A stretch of DNA of 64,000 nucleotides from contig CAVUZH010000003.1 in the NCBI GenBank assembly GCA_963745835.1, positions 480,001 through 544,000 of the forward strand. The letters run 5' to 3'. A model generated the notes under the pieces. It was not told the origin of the DNA. It saw only the letters and a list, made by a program, of their open reading frames with translations, and ran no database searches. The translations under genes were made by a program, and so were the position numbers. Below, in pieces: positions 1 to 9,686 of this stretch (position 1 is its first letter; every line of letters starts with the position of its first letter). The DNA is from an uncultured delta proteobacterium (GTDB lineage: Bacteria > Desulfobacterota > Binatia > UBA9968).

Positions 1-1
1 C

Positions 2-270
2 ATGAGCGCCTGGCGCGACAAGGAAGAGTTTAAGGCCCGCGTGCTCGAATGGGCCGACAAGCTGGAGGTCAAGGTGCGCGTGCTGACCGTCCGGCCGATG
101 CGTAACAAATGGGCCTCTTGTTCGACCGCTGGGAACTTAAATTTCTCAACACGGAGCTTTTCCAGTTTTTGGATCCAGCTGTTGGTGATTATCGTGAACG
201 GTAACCGCTGGCATTTGCCGGACGCATGATGGTAACTTTGGAGAGTTTTATGCAGCGCATTCTGGCGATT
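2..270 (+). pseudogene. YgjP/DUF45 (M48-like) metallopeptidase fragment, frameshifted
   Basis: The N-terminal WADKLEVKVRVLTVRPMRNKWASCSTAGNLNF matches the 'MxxKWGSCS' motif of DUF45 proteins. The frame breaks down after ~nt 145 and no intact HExxH motif remains. Confidence 0.65.
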
Positions 271-381
271 ACTACGTAAAAAAGTCAGATCAGAAGTTAA
301 ACCAATTGCCACTCCGAGGCAGAAATAAAAAGGGATAGGGTTGTTTTACTGGTGTCAAAAGCCAGTACCGCACCAGGCCCT

Positions 382-760
382 TATGAGAGCATCAGAATCT
401 CAATGGGATGAGTTGGAAAGCGCGGCGACCAAGATGTTCCGAGTTGGGGTTGATGGTAGTGAATTGGAATGGGCTAGGGAAGCATGGAGCCATTTGACAG
501 GGGGTGCTTAGCTGTCGCAATGACGATACTCGATCTTACCGCAGCTAAGCTTCGACTTATAACCCTTGCCCGTATCTATCAGGAGTTTGTAGCTTTGCAT
601 GGACCAAAATCCGGAAGTGCCAGTGCATGGCACTGTGGACTATTAGATTAATTTAGTCCGGCTTCTGGGGTTGCTGCAAAGGCCGCAGGCGGTGAAACTG
701 ATTAAGAAATGTATTAAAGAAAATACTAGCTTTGTCAGGGTGGCCTTGGTAAGCGGTGAC
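382..760 (+). pseudogene. Degraded hypothetical ORF
   Basis: ATG at 382 opens a protein-like stretch (MRASESQWDELESAATKMFRVGVDGSELEWAREAWSHLT) that is then interrupted by frameshifts and stops. Confidence 0.3.
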
Positions 761-1009
761 AGATAGTCAGCGACAAGAGATTTTCGAGTGCCTCAGGGCT
801 GGCTGCGGTGAGCAATCGACTTAGAGCCGTCTCGGCACACTCGTCGGCTGGCCGCTGAAGAAGATTCCATGCGTCTATAATTCGAAGCGACAGGCGCTAA
901 ACAGCTCTCTGCGCTTAAGAGTATGTCAGGAGCGAGGTCTTTGACCACAACCTGAGCATCCGAAATTCTAGAACCGTTGCCCCCTCACACTCACTTAATA
1001 CTCGTTGTC

Positions 1010-1484
1010 CATGGGAATAACTCACAGCAACTGAGAAGGCGAAACTAACCGCCAAATGGGCCACGACGATGACCAAGTGGCACATTGGTTTTGTGACCAA
1101 TGGAAAGCGCTTGGGATCGGCGAAGGTCAAGCCGACAAGGCGCTGGCAACTTGTTGGATTTCCCGGACCTGCAGGCCGGGAATCCGACAGGGATCGTCGA
1201 TCTTACTGGCAATCCGAAAGAACCATCAAAAACCAAAGGCACCGTTCAAGCGCGGCGACCTTTTCGAGATCATTTTGATTCAGATCAAAGGCGGCGGAGC
1301 GAAACGGCCGAATAAGAGCGAAATCAAACGGCTTAGAGACGTTGCAAAACATTACAACGCCAGGGATGTTGTGCTTGCTGAATGGGTCAAAGGGAATCAG
1401 CTCAAATTCAATTGGCTCGTAAACTATCGTGCTGATCCGAAGAAAGCCTGGGGAGAGGTCGATCCAGGAGTATTGTTTCGTTAA
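1010..1484 (+). pseudogene. PD-(D/E)xK-like nuclease, frameshifted
   Basis: The N-part lies in the frame of ORF 1069 (KWATTMTKWHIG..WQLVGFPGPAGRES), the GIVD core in a third frame, and the C-part (LLAIRKNH..DLFEIILIQIKGG, a QxK motif) in the frame of ORF 1056..1484. Indels fall near 1185-1205. Confidence 0.5.
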
Positions 1485-1558
1485 CCAGAACTAAGCCGGG
1501 GGTAATTCGTCACGGACATGATTGACGTTGGCTCTATTGGTTCAAACTCGGATAAGCC

Positions 1559-2239
1559 ATGGACTTAATGCAAAAAAGAGAAAACGGACTGGCGGGCCTC
1601 TTCCTGGTTTTTCTCTTGATCTCAGGATTCACTCAGGCTAGCGGGGCGGCGACATTGTTTCCGAACCGGGGACGTGGCTGGAACAAAATACCGACAATTG
1701 TCATCGCTGGAAAAGAGGGCGAGCCGCGAGCCCAGTTGGTCATTGAGGCGGTGGATTTCTGGAATAAGCAGCTGTCGGAAATCGGCAGCGGTTTTAGGCT
1801 CGGGCCGGTTAGTTTTACAACAGAGACCATACCAGCTGCGGAGCTGGAAGCACGGAGTAGAGCGGTTCTTGCCAAGGAAGGTGCGCTGCCGCCAACGCCA
1901 AGCTTGATAAACATGCAGGGAGATCTGATCGTCGTCCTATCAGATGGGGATTTTGTTTCGTTTGCGGGCCCTTTCCTCAGCGATGGAAGACGGCTCGTTG
2001 CGATCCGCGGAGATCAGCACTATCCGTTCACGCTGCCCAATGTGGCGCGCAATGTCATCGCCCATGAATTGGGCCATGCAATCGGACTCGGGCATAATGA
2101 CGACCCGAATAACCTCATGTGTGGCCGGCCCGCTTCCTGCCGTCCGGACGCATTTCGCTCCGACGTGGAGCGCTATTTTCCTCTGATGGAAGAAGAGAAG
2201 CAATTTCTCCTAAAACTTTATCCGCCGACGTGGAAATAA
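1559..2239 (+). CDS. Secreted matrixin-family (M10, metzincin) zinc metalloprotease
   Basis: Signal peptide, HELGHAIGLGH zinc motif and Met-turn (NLMC). Confidence 0.85.
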   Translation: MDLMQKRENGLAGLFLVFLLISGFTQASGAATLFPNRGRGWNKIPTIVIAGKEGEPRAQLVIEAVDFWNKQLSEIGSGFRLGPVSFTTETIPAAELEARSRAVLAKEGALPPTPSLINMQGDLIVVLSDGDFVSFAGPFLSDGRRLVAIRGDQHYPFTLPNVARNVIAHELGHAIGLGHNDDPNNLMCGRPASCRPDAFRSDVERYFPLMEEEKQFLLKLYPPTWK

Positions 2240-2312
2240 GTCGCCGTTTCAAACGAGACGGAAAGAAAAGAAAGCATCGGCGTTCGGCTTAATAAGTGAA
2301 TGAGCATTCAAC

Positions 2313-2429
2313 CACGACCAGGCGAGCCTCGACATGTTGTGGCTCAGGGACGAAAATCTCGAGTGGCTCCGACAACCTTCCCGATCCCGACGTGCTTGCT
2401 CGGGAATCTTCGAAGACCTCGAAGCCGCC
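2313..2429 (+). pseudogene. hsdM: Type I restriction-modification methyltransferase (HsdM) C-terminal remnant
   Basis: Translates across two frameshifts as DQASLDMLWLRDENLE/SDNLPDPDVLARE/IFEDLEAA, the typical HsdM C-terminus 'SLDIFWLKDESLE..NLPDPDVLA.EI.EDLEAA'. Confidence 0.7.
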
Positions 2430-2538
2430 GAGCTATGGTGAAATTGCGCTTTCTAAATCATTCGTTTGAATAATAAAGCGACCAGGAAAAGGCGGAGAGC
2501 CAGATCTCTGAGGTTTCAGAGGTGAAGGGAAGCTGCAA

Positions 2539-3531
2539 ATGATGCGTTGTCTTTTATCTCTGGTGTCTTTCGCGGTCGTGTTTAGCATTTTGGCGACCGC
2601 TGGTGCTCAAACGAGCACACCGCGGGTGACCTTAAGTTATACTTCCTTCAACATGCCCGCGGCTATGGTTTGGATTGCGAAAGAGGACCGTCTCTTTGCA
2701 AAGTACGGTTTGAATGAGGAACTTGTTTTCATCCCCGGCGGCACAACCGCAATGTCTGCCCTGGTTGCGGGAAACGTCAGGTTCGCCCAGCTCACTGGTA
2801 GTCCCGGGGCATTTGCTTTTCTGGGAGGGGCGGACGTGGTTTATCTGGCGGCCACTATGGATACGATGTCTTACCAGATTGTGGTTAGACCGGAGATTCG
2901 TACTGCGAGCGACTTGAAAGGAAAACGGGTTGGAATTAGCCGATTTGGCTCTTCACCGGATGTGGCTGTACGACTAGCCTTAAGAAAGCTAGGTTTGAAT
3001 CCGGAAAGCGACGTTTCCATTATTCAGACGGGAGGATCTCCGGAACGACTTGCGGCGCTACTCGGAAATAAAGTTGACGCAACCGTCCTAAATGCACCAT
3101 TCGATCGAATAGCGCAGAACCACAATCTGGCGATTCTAGCCGATACCAGCAAGATGGGAATCTCTTACTTTGACACCGGTATCGTATCGACGCGAAAATT
3201 TGCCCAAGCTAACGAAGAATTGGTACGGCGGTTCATGAGAGCGTACGTCGAAGCTATCAAGGTCTTCAAGACGAACAAAACTCGGACGATCGCCATTGCA
3301 AGCAAATACTCTCGGGTTTCGGATGCAGAGGCCTTGGAGGAAGCTTACAGCTACTTTGTAGGGAAGATTCCCCGATATCCATATCCGACACTTGACGGTA
3401 TGCAGACTGTACTCAACGAAGTTGCACGAGGGAACCCGAAAGCGGCAGCCATAAAGCCTGAAGAGCTAGTGGACGCGCGCTTTGTCAAAGAACTTCAGGC
3501 TACCGGATTTATCGACAATCTTTACAAGTAA
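2539..3531 (+). CDS. ABC transporter substrate-binding protein, NMT1/SsuA/THI5-like
   Basis: Signal peptide; DLKGKRVGISRFGSS; C-terminal PYPTLDGMQ..KPEELVDARFVKEL. Confidence 0.9.
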   Translation: MMRCLLSLVSFAVVFSILATAGAQTSTPRVTLSYTSFNMPAAMVWIAKEDRLFAKYGLNEELVFIPGGTTAMSALVAGNVRFAQLTGSPGAFAFLGGADVVYLAATMDTMSYQIVVRPEIRTASDLKGKRVGISRFGSSPDVAVRLALRKLGLNPESDVSIIQTGGSPERLAALLGNKVDATVLNAPFDRIAQNHNLAILADTSKMGISYFDTGIVSTRKFAQANEELVRRFMRAYVEAIKVFKTNKTRTIAIASKYSRVSDAEALEEAYSYFVGKIPRYPYPTLDGMQTVLNEVARGNPKAAAIKPEELVDARFVKELQATGFIDNLYK

Positions 3532-3544
3532 ATAAGGAGTGCAT

Positions 3545-4270
3545 ATGTACGGCTGGCGAGGACGCATTGGGCATGTCTATCCTGCGGTAGTGGCGGAAAC
3601 ATATTTTACCGATTTCTTTCGGGTCATTCCTGATGGTGTAACTCTGGCATTAACTAACCTGTCCATCGAAGCCATTCGAGACAAGGACCTCAAGAGATCT
3701 GAAGCGCAGCTCGATCAAGCAATCACTTATCTAGCTAAACGAAACGTCGATTGCATCATTGTCGGCGGCGGACCGATATTCCGGGAGCGGGGCGTAGAAG
3801 GGGAGCTTGAGTTTATAGAGAGGGTCACGCGAACGACCGGAATTCCGACAACGACAAGTCAGATGGCTACAGTTGATGCCGTTCGACATTTGGGAATTAA
3901 ACGGCTTGCGATTGCCACCCCCTATCCCGATGACCAAAACGAAAAAATTGCGCAGTACTGGCGCGCTTCCGGTTTTGAGGTCGGTCCCGTGCGAGGTATG
4001 AATTGCCAAATCGACGAGATCCACAACATACCGTTGGATGCGGTATATCGGCATGTCAAAAACACCTTTCTGCAATCTCCTGGAGCTGAAGGAGTCTTTG
4101 TTCCATGCGGTCACTTTACGGTTCCGCATATTTCGGAACTCGAGGGCGACATCAAAGTACCTGTTGTCGCGGCAACTTATGCTCAGGTTTGGGCCGGCTT
4201 GCGGATGATCAACATCAAGGCGGACATTCGTGGATATGGCAGACTTCTGGAGACTGTCGCTGACGATTAG
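3545..4270 (+). CDS. Asp/Glu racemase / maleate isomerase / arylmalonate decarboxylase family protein
   Basis: MYGWRGRIG start, LGIKRLAIATPY and VFVPCGH motifs; AGGAG RBS before ATG 3545. Confidence 0.85.
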   Translation: MYGWRGRIGHVYPAVVAETYFTDFFRVIPDGVTLALTNLSIEAIRDKDLKRSEAQLDQAITYLAKRNVDCIIVGGGPIFRERGVEGELEFIERVTRTTGIPTTTSQMATVDAVRHLGIKRLAIATPYPDDQNEKIAQYWRASGFEVGPVRGMNCQIDEIHNIPLDAVYRHVKNTFLQSPGAEGVFVPCGHFTVPHISELEGDIKVPVVAATYAQVWAGLRMINIKADIRGYGRLLETVADD

Positions 4271-4287
4271 CTCTACAGTCATGGGCA

Positions 4288-4320
4288 GACAAAGTGAGCC
4301 TCGACATCTTTCGGCTTCGA
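4288..4320 (+). pseudogene. Second short HsdM C-terminal remnant
   Basis: Encodes DKVSLDIFRLR and shares GAGCCTCGACAT with 2324-2335. Confidence 0.45.
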
Positions 4321-4332
4321 TGCAAGACATTT

Positions 4333-4449
4333 ACTGGAACGCGAAACCGCTTGACTCATGGCTACTTTGACATCGATCTCGATATCGCTTGGAGTACGTT
4401 CATCGAAGACCTGCCGTTTCTGAAAGCTGAACTCGAACAACTTCTCTGA
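4333..4449 (+). pseudogene. HepT/DUF86 HEPN ribonuclease toxin, C-terminal fragment
   Basis: TGTRNRLTHGYFDIDLDIAWSTFIEDLPFLKAELEQLL* contains the Rx4H motif (RNRLTH) and the 'HGYFDIDLD.VW' pattern. The N-terminal half and the MNT partner are missing. Confidence 0.75.
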
Positions 4450-4796
4450 TCAACAGATTCAAACGATGCAGATATACCGCGGCCCTACAAAATTCCCGCG
4501 TATTGCCTGTGATCGAGAATCTTCGGTTCGCTGATCGGCCTTGCGGGAGGTCAGGATGCCTCTGTCAATTTTCGGTTCACAAGCCGAGTTTCAAATGGAA
4601 GCTCAACTGGGATATTATCCGATTAGCGCTTTTCTAAGGCGGATAAGTGTGAACCAAAAAATTTTGGCGGAAAGCCGATCATTCGCGGATGCTGTTTGGC
4701 CGTCGAGCATATCTTAGGGATGCTCGCCGGGGGGGATAACATTGAAAGAATCCTGCAAGCTTGCTTCGTCTACGCCGACATCAATCGGAGGGAACC

Positions 4797-5021
4797 ATGA
4801 GCATCGAAAAAGCAGTGTTGGAAAAGCTTCTGAAACTGCCCCCAGACAAGCAAAAGAAAGTTCTCGATTTTGTCGAGACTTTAGAAAAGAGCGCCGGCGC
4901 AACGCGTCAACGCCGAAGTTTGAAGGGATTGTGGTCGGATCTAGGGGTGGAAGTATCGTCGGAAGATATCGCCGAGGCTCGGCGTGAGATGTGGGGAGGA
5001 TTTCCCCGTGAGGATGTTTGA
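4797..5021 (+). CDS. Antitoxin (DUF2281-like) of a VapBC-type module
   Basis: MSIEKAVLEKLLKLPPDKQKKVLDFVE..RRSLKGLWSD; GGAGG RBS; abuts the PIN gene. Confidence 0.8.
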   Translation: MSIEKAVLEKLLKLPPDKQKKVLDFVETLEKSAGATRQRRSLKGLWSDLGVEVSSEDIAEARREMWGGFPREDV

Positions 5022-5423
5022 TTGGCGGCTTTAGTTGTCGATACCCATGCGGCTGTTTGGTATCTGCTGAATTCAACCCGCCTGTCGTCCGTCGCGCAGC
5101 GCGCGATGGATGATGCTGTGGACGCTGGAGACCCAGTGTATCTGTCCGCCATCTCGCTCGTGGAAATTGTATATCTCGTCGAAAAGGGGAGGCTCCCGAC
5201 CGAAGTCATCGAGCGATTGATCACTGCTCTCTCTGATCCAGACGCTGGATTTACCGTAGTTCCACTTGATGAACGAGCAGCGTGGGCCGTGCAGCGGATT
5301 TCTCGCGATACGGTTCCCGATATGCCTGATCGAATCATTGCAGCAACTGCCCTGAGTTTAGGACTCCCGCTAGCTACTCGTGACTCCGCAATTGCCACCG
5401 TCGGTATAACGACCATCTGGTAA
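5022..5423 (+). CDS. vapC: PIN-domain (VapC) toxin
   Basis: VVDTHAAVW, SAISLVEI, PDMPDRIIAATA and LATRD carry the PIN acidic residues. Confidence 0.9.
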   Translation: MAALVVDTHAAVWYLLNSTRLSSVAQRAMDDAVDAGDPVYLSAISLVEIVYLVEKGRLPTEVIERLITALSDPDAGFTVVPLDERAAWAVQRISRDTVPDMPDRIIAATALSLGLPLATRDSAIATVGITTIW

Positions 5424-5473
5424 CTAAACAATCTTTCAGCGCGTCGATTGGGAAGGCCGCAGGTTAACCGCCA

Positions 5474-5713
5474 ATGAGATTTAAAGAGTTCCAACGAGTA
5501 GCATTGGCTAAGGATATCCCGGAGGAGAAACTTCGTCGGGGTGATTTAGCGACAATTGTGGGTATACACCCAAGAAACGGTGGAGAGATAGGTTATTCTA
5601 TCGAAGTTTTCAACGCGATCGGCGAGACCATAGCCGTCACGACCGTTCCCGAGTCAGTTCTCGAGGAGCTCACCGCGAACGATGTTCTTCACAAGCGTTC
5701 TCTGGCTGGCTGA
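5474..5713 (+). CDS. DUF4926 domain protein
   Basis: RVALAKDIPEEKLRRGDLATIV..GYSIEVFNAIGETIAVTTV pattern. Confidence 0.8.
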   Translation: MRFKEFQRVALAKDIPEEKLRRGDLATIVGIHPRNGGEIGYSIEVFNAIGETIAVTTVPESVLEELTANDVLHKRSLAG

Positions 5714-5893
5714 GTACATTGAAGACATCAAGCCGTAAAGTCAGCTCGACATTTTCTGGTCTCAGACTAAACGTCGAAGATCGGATAATCTACCTGATCT
5801 CGATGTCCTCAATTTCTCGAAGACGTGCGGGCCATCGAACATTTACGCGAATCATTCAGGACACGCCGTGTGTATTAAGTGTCCGGAGGGCTT

Positions 5894-6904
5894 ATGCGAA
5901 ATGAGCGTGCGAAACTGCAGATCCTAATCGGCGTTTGCGTGTGTCTATTTCTGATCTGTACGAATGCGCTGATCTCGGAAGCCGCGGTCCCGCCCAATCA
6001 ACTGATGATCACGTTCGGCAGCCTCAGCGAAAGGGAAACCGCGCTTTTCGTTGCTCGAGATTATGGAATTTTTGCCAAGCATGGCCTGGACGTGAAACTG
6101 GTTCACGTGCGCAACGGCGCCGTCGCGCTTTCGGCCTTGGCTAGTGGAGATGCTCAATTTTATCTAGGCGCCGCCACCGGTTCTACTCTTGGTGCCATCG
6201 CCGGTGGTCTGGACGCGGTGTTCGTTACCAGTTTGATCCATAAACTGGAAGGCACGTTCGTCGTCAATCCGTCCATCAAATCCCCAGCCGAGTTGAGAGG
6301 CAAAACCGTCGGTGTCACGAGCATCGGCGGCGGCGTCTGGATGCGCTCGATGCTGACCTTCGAGCATTGGGGCTTGGAGCCGCAGAAGGACAAAATACAT
6401 TTGCGGGTGGTGGGGGACGAATCATTACTGGCTCAGGCGATGCCGAACGGCATCATCGACGGCTCTTATTTCAACTACACCTTTGCTTCCGTGCTAGAGC
6501 GTCAGGGCTTCCGTGTGCTCGCCGATCTCGCCAAGCTCAACATCCCTTATCAGAACACGGCGCTCTTGGCGCAGCGTCGATATCTCAACGCTGCTCCCGA
6601 GACGACCGAGAGATTATTGAGAGCTGTGTCCGATGCCCTGATCTTCGTCCTGGAGCCCAAAAACAAAGAGTTGGTGCTTAAGAGCCTATCCAAAGGACTG
6701 CGTTTGCCGCGCCCGGAGGACGCGCTCGGCGGTTACGACCGGCTTGCGAATCTGTACGAGCGGCGCATCTATCCCAACGTCGACGGAATTCGTTCGACGA
6801 TCCGGTTCCTCGGACCTGGCAATGAAAAGATCCGCGCTCTCAAGGCGGAGAACCTGGTGGACGATAGATTCGTAAAGAAGTTGGAACAGGAAGGCCGTTT
6901 TTGA
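5894..6904 (+). CDS. ABC transporter substrate-binding protein, NMT1/SsuA-like
   Basis: Signal peptide; ELRGKTVGVTSIGG; C-terminal IYPNVDGI..KAENLVDDRFVKKL; GGAGG RBS. Confidence 0.9.
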   Translation: MRNERAKLQILIGVCVCLFLICTNALISEAAVPPNQLMITFGSLSERETALFVARDYGIFAKHGLDVKLVHVRNGAVALSALASGDAQFYLGAATGSTLGAIAGGLDAVFVTSLIHKLEGTFVVNPSIKSPAELRGKTVGVTSIGGGVWMRSMLTFEHWGLEPQKDKIHLRVVGDESLLAQAMPNGIIDGSYFNYTFASVLERQGFRVLADLAKLNIPYQNTALLAQRRYLNAAPETTERLLRAVSDALIFVLEPKNKELVLKSLSKGLRLPRPEDALGGYDRLANLYERRIYPNVDGIRSTIRFLGPGNEKIRALKAENLVDDRFVKKLEQEGRF

Positions 6905-7118
6905 CTCAGGTGCAACTAAAAAGTTGACACAACGTTACCTTATCGGATACGGTTTGCCCGACAGACGGGGGTATGGAGCGAGTCCGCTTCCTGAGTTAAT
7001 GCTTGAGACTCTGGAATGCGAGTCCCATCGGGATCTACAAGTAATATCGATTTCTCAGTGACCAACCCCCTGAAGCAAATTCCAATCATTTGCTCCGAGC
7101 AAGCTCGAGGAGACGCGC

Positions 7119-9167
7119 ATGCGATCGTGGACCGTGGATGCCGACGACATCCGGGTCGCCGAAGACTTCGACGAGGCTCTGCTGCACCGCACCCCCGAGA
7201 TCGACAACTTCCTGAGCCTAGACCGCGATGACAAGTTCATCGTCATAGGGACGAAGGGATTCGGCAAGACACTGCTGCTTAAGGCCAAGCGCATCCTGTA
7301 CCAGCGCCGGGGAGGGACGGCATGTCTTCCCACCGGCAATCTCCTCGACAAGCTGATCGGCGACAAGATTTTCGGCAAGGAGGCTCTCGCCTTCTTTTCG
7401 GCGTCGTCGCTTCCATGGGCCAAGGTGTGGCTCACTGCCATCGCGGTGACCGTTCTCAAACATCTCCGCCAGACCGAGGGACTCAAGGTCAACCCGAGGC
7501 TGACCCGCCTGATCACCGACGAACAGCTGCACGGCGTCATCGATCATTTCGTGCGGCTCCTGGATTTTCCACCGAGCGACCTTCAACGCAGCGCGAGTGA
7601 CACCGACGGTCACCTGGCTCCGCGCCTGCGAGCGGTTAACACGTCGGTGACGATCTTCCTCGACGGCGTCGACGAGTATTTCAACAAGCATATCGAAAGC
7701 GTCCGGAACCGCCCAAGCGTGGCGGGTGAGCTTTCGCCAGACGTGTGGCACTTCGCCCAGCTTGGGCTTGTCGAGGTGGCCTACCAGCTTCGGCGGATCA
7801 ACCATCGCCTCAAGGTCTTCGCGGCCGTAAGGAAGGAGGCGTATGCGCGCCTCCAGACAACCGTCATGGGCCAGCAGTATCGCGGCAGCGCCATCGACAT
7901 CGTCTATCCGATCGAGAGCCTGCGCGAGATCTTCATCAACAACGTTCGGCTTGAGAAGCCCGATCGGATGATTCGTCCCGAGCGGCTACGTACCAACCCC
8001 GTGGAGGCTTTTCTCGGCCGAACATCGATCACGGATCTCTACACCGGTCTTCAGGAAGATGCGTTCGAGTATCTGTGTCGGCACACATTACTCCGGCCGC
8101 GTGATTTGATGACCATCGGTGAGCGGCTGGCCACACTCCGGCCCGAGGAGCGGGGGAATGAATACCGACTGAAGGAGGCGGTGAACCAAGCCGCAACTGA
8201 AATTGCCCAGGAGTACCTGGTCGAGATTGCGCCGTATGTTGCGGGATTGGATCTCGAGCATGTCCTCCGCCGACTTCCCGGGCACGTGTTGACCCGCGAT
8301 GAGCTCGAGGAGCTTTTTCGAACGCACAATGCCTCGAGCGGCGCGCTCGAGGCGCAGGACGTCTTCTCTGCGCTTTATCAGGTGGGACTCCTGGGTCACG
8401 TACATCATGACTGGGTGCGTGGAGAGTGGGTTCAGCGCTTCCTTCGACCGGGCGAAGGCACGCTTCAACCAGACGGCGTACTCCCTGCGGCGGAACACTA
8501 TGTTGTCCACCCGGTTCTCTCCGAAGTGATCGGCCGATTCAATCCGTTATATCTCCAACGGATCGATCGAGTGAATATCGTCGGACACGGACTGCCGTGG
8601 CGCGCGACGCCGAGCGTCGATCGAACCGTCGCGAGCGGCATGCTCTTTGTTCTTGCCGGCGACGTTCACGGATTCGGCGGACTCATGCGCGCCGGCGTGG
8701 ACGCGCCTGTCCGTCAGGCGCTTGAGGAGGCGGTGAGAAAATGGGCTCAGGGCGCAGTGTGCGCTGAGACTAGCGCCGGTGACGCGGTGTTCATCGTCCA
8801 CGATGATCCGGTCGAGTTGGCCCGAGCCGGCCGTCACATCATCGACGAGGTGTATCGGGCTCCGGGCCAACCTCGCCTGCGGATCGCACTGCACTATGGC
8901 GAAGTGCTGACCCGTCGGCGCGAGGGTGACGGGGCCGTCATCGTTGTGGGCGGAGAGGCCGTGCTCTGCGCGGCGCGCGTCGAACCGCACGTGCAACCCG
9001 GACAGATCTGGATGACCGAGGAATTCCGCGAGCAACTTGCCCGGCAGCCCTCGTTGTGGCGGACCACCCCAGCGACCGGCCCGGGCGGAGACGAGCGCTT
9101 CAACGTGAAGAAGGAGGGGAACACAGAACCGGACCTCTGGCTCCGACTTTATCGGCTCGAGTTTTGA
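7119..9167 (+). CDS. P-loop ATPase (Sll1717/FunZ-like) fused to a C-terminal class III nucleotide cyclase-like domain
   Basis: Walker A GTKGFGKT, Walker B IFLDGVDE and RHTLLRPRD; C-terminal AGDVHGF..AGDAV..LRIALHYGEV..GEAVLCAARVEP..PGQIWMTEEF; GAGGAG RBS. Confidence 0.85.
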   Translation: MRSWTVDADDIRVAEDFDEALLHRTPEIDNFLSLDRDDKFIVIGTKGFGKTLLLKAKRILYQRRGGTACLPTGNLLDKLIGDKIFGKEALAFFSASSLPWAKVWLTAIAVTVLKHLRQTEGLKVNPRLTRLITDEQLHGVIDHFVRLLDFPPSDLQRSASDTDGHLAPRLRAVNTSVTIFLDGVDEYFNKHIESVRNRPSVAGELSPDVWHFAQLGLVEVAYQLRRINHRLKVFAAVRKEAYARLQTTVMGQQYRGSAIDIVYPIESLREIFINNVRLEKPDRMIRPERLRTNPVEAFLGRTSITDLYTGLQEDAFEYLCRHTLLRPRDLMTIGERLATLRPEERGNEYRLKEAVNQAATEIAQEYLVEIAPYVAGLDLEHVLRRLPGHVLTRDELEELFRTHNASSGALEAQDVFSALYQVGLLGHVHHDWVRGEWVQRFLRPGEGTLQPDGVLPAAEHYVVHPVLSEVIGRFNPLYLQRIDRVNIVGHGLPWRATPSVDRTVASGMLFVLAGDVHGFGGLMRAGVDAPVRQALEEAVRKWAQGAVCAETSAGDAVFIVHDDPVELARAGRHIIDEVYRAPGQPRLRIALHYGEVLTRRREGDGAVIVVGGEAVLCAARVEPHVQPGQIWMTEEFREQLARQPSLWRTTPATGPGGDERFNVKKEGNTEPDLWLRLYRLEF

Positions 9168-9686
9168 CCGACCGCCGGACCAGACCGGAATCACGTGTGC
9201 TTGACTCGCAGAACCCGTTCGGTTCCACGCAACCTAGGAATCCAACCCGCAAGTATCCTCGAAGCTCGAAGGCAAACAGCGCTATCCGTTGGCAAGATAT
9301 TATTTAACGGCGTAGGACGTTTTTCTACCGTTATTCGGAGTCTGTAGTCTGATGCTTGGGTGCTCAAGGGGCTGGCACATGAACATCAGCGGCACAGCCA
9401 AGCGATTCGATTTTACCCGTGCCGTTACGTTGACAGAAAGACGATGTGGTGGCGGCAGCTTACCGAAACGCAGGCAGCGGATTTGGCTTCAAGGTGGTGA
9501 AGTTTTCTGAGCAGCAGGGAGGAAGAGATCTGTGTAGTTGGGCAGTGTGGTCTTGTAAATGCGAACGATGTCGATTCGTACCGCGCACTAAGCCCATCGT
9601 CGACGTTCCGTGCTGAGTGGTTTTTCAAGAGACAAAAATCTCGCTATAGTTTTCTAAGTCGCAAGACGATCGGATGGAGTAAATCT

